DNA of 64,000 bases from Eledone cirrhosa (Eukaryota). Below the pieces are notes generated by a model, which was not told where the DNA came from, searched no databases, and worked only from the letters and a program-made list of their open reading frames with translations. The position numbers and the translations under genes were made by a program. Positions 63,343-64,000 of the stretch are shown in pieces; the stretch's first letter is position 1, and each line of letters opens with the position of its first letter. The stretch lies in the NCBI GenBank assembly GCA_964016885.1, contig OZ024740.1, forward strand, positions 155,496,001-155,560,000. The letters are read 5' to 3'.

Positions 63343-64000
63343 GAAATGTTTCTGATATAAGAACACTATATCAAAATACGAGACTGAAGTGATGCCAAAA
63401 TGAAAAGATGCCAAAAGAAAAAGAACAAGTTAGCCAAAGATATATATGAAAAAAATATTAAAGATATATATTTAAAAAAAAGTAATAAGATTATTTGATG
63501 AAGTATAAGAATTATTCAACCATATTTTAACCTTTTCAAGACTACAAAATCTGGATGTGTTAATGTTGACTTTGATGTATCACTATTCAAACTTTAAATC
63601 TCCATTGTCATGATGAGATAATGTTTCAAGACTAAATAACAGATTATGACAGACATAACAGTTGTTCATACAGTAAATCATTTCAACTCTTCAGCCCTCT
63701 GTATCATTTGTAATTGGTTAGAACACCGTACATAAGCTGTTATATACTTTTGTCAATGAAATAAGTTATTAATTCCTTCTCTGCAGCTGAAGAATGGCAG
63801 TATATAATAGTTATAACATACATCTGCAGCATGTAGCTATTTTAAAACACATACACATGTATATATAGTAATGTTCACAAATCTCGATAAACAAATACAA
63901 TTTGCTAAATAATTCTTGTTGATACAGATCACTATTACTTTCCTTAGACTCCAATTTTTTTATAATCTATAAGATGTGTAGTTCAATTCCTCGCAGGCAC

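Overview
AT-rich, repeat-dominated eukaryotic DNA, most likely intronic or intergenic sequence of an invertebrate. The SINE set, (TA)n/(CA)n load and RTE LINEs resemble octopus/cephalopod genomes; this is an inference, not a database match. Most long ORFs in the track are retroelement ORFs or microsatellite artefacts. Contents: (1) at least 8 copies or fragments of an RTE-clade LINE (APE endonuclease + RT) carrying a C4HC3 PHD finger inside the RT, ending in (GAT)n and lying mostly in (TA)n; (2) a near full-length copy of a second RTE family with a candidate HDV-like ribozyme at its 5' end and a 6x52-bp hairpin array at its 3' end; (3) many truncated Penelope-like elements (PLEs; GIY-YIG remnants, inverted pseudo-LTRs); (4) tRNA-derived SINEs, TTAA-flanked MITEs, and mariner and RLE-type non-LTR remnants; (5) three small candidate host exons with compatible splice phases. 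The strongest signal is about 10 type I hammerhead ribozyme motifs from about 7 unrelated sequence families. They have palindromic minimal stem III, several have 80-120 nt stem II inserts, and some occur as opposite-polarity pairs in short, nearly non-coding fold-back units. All folds were read by eye and need computational and biochemical confirmation.
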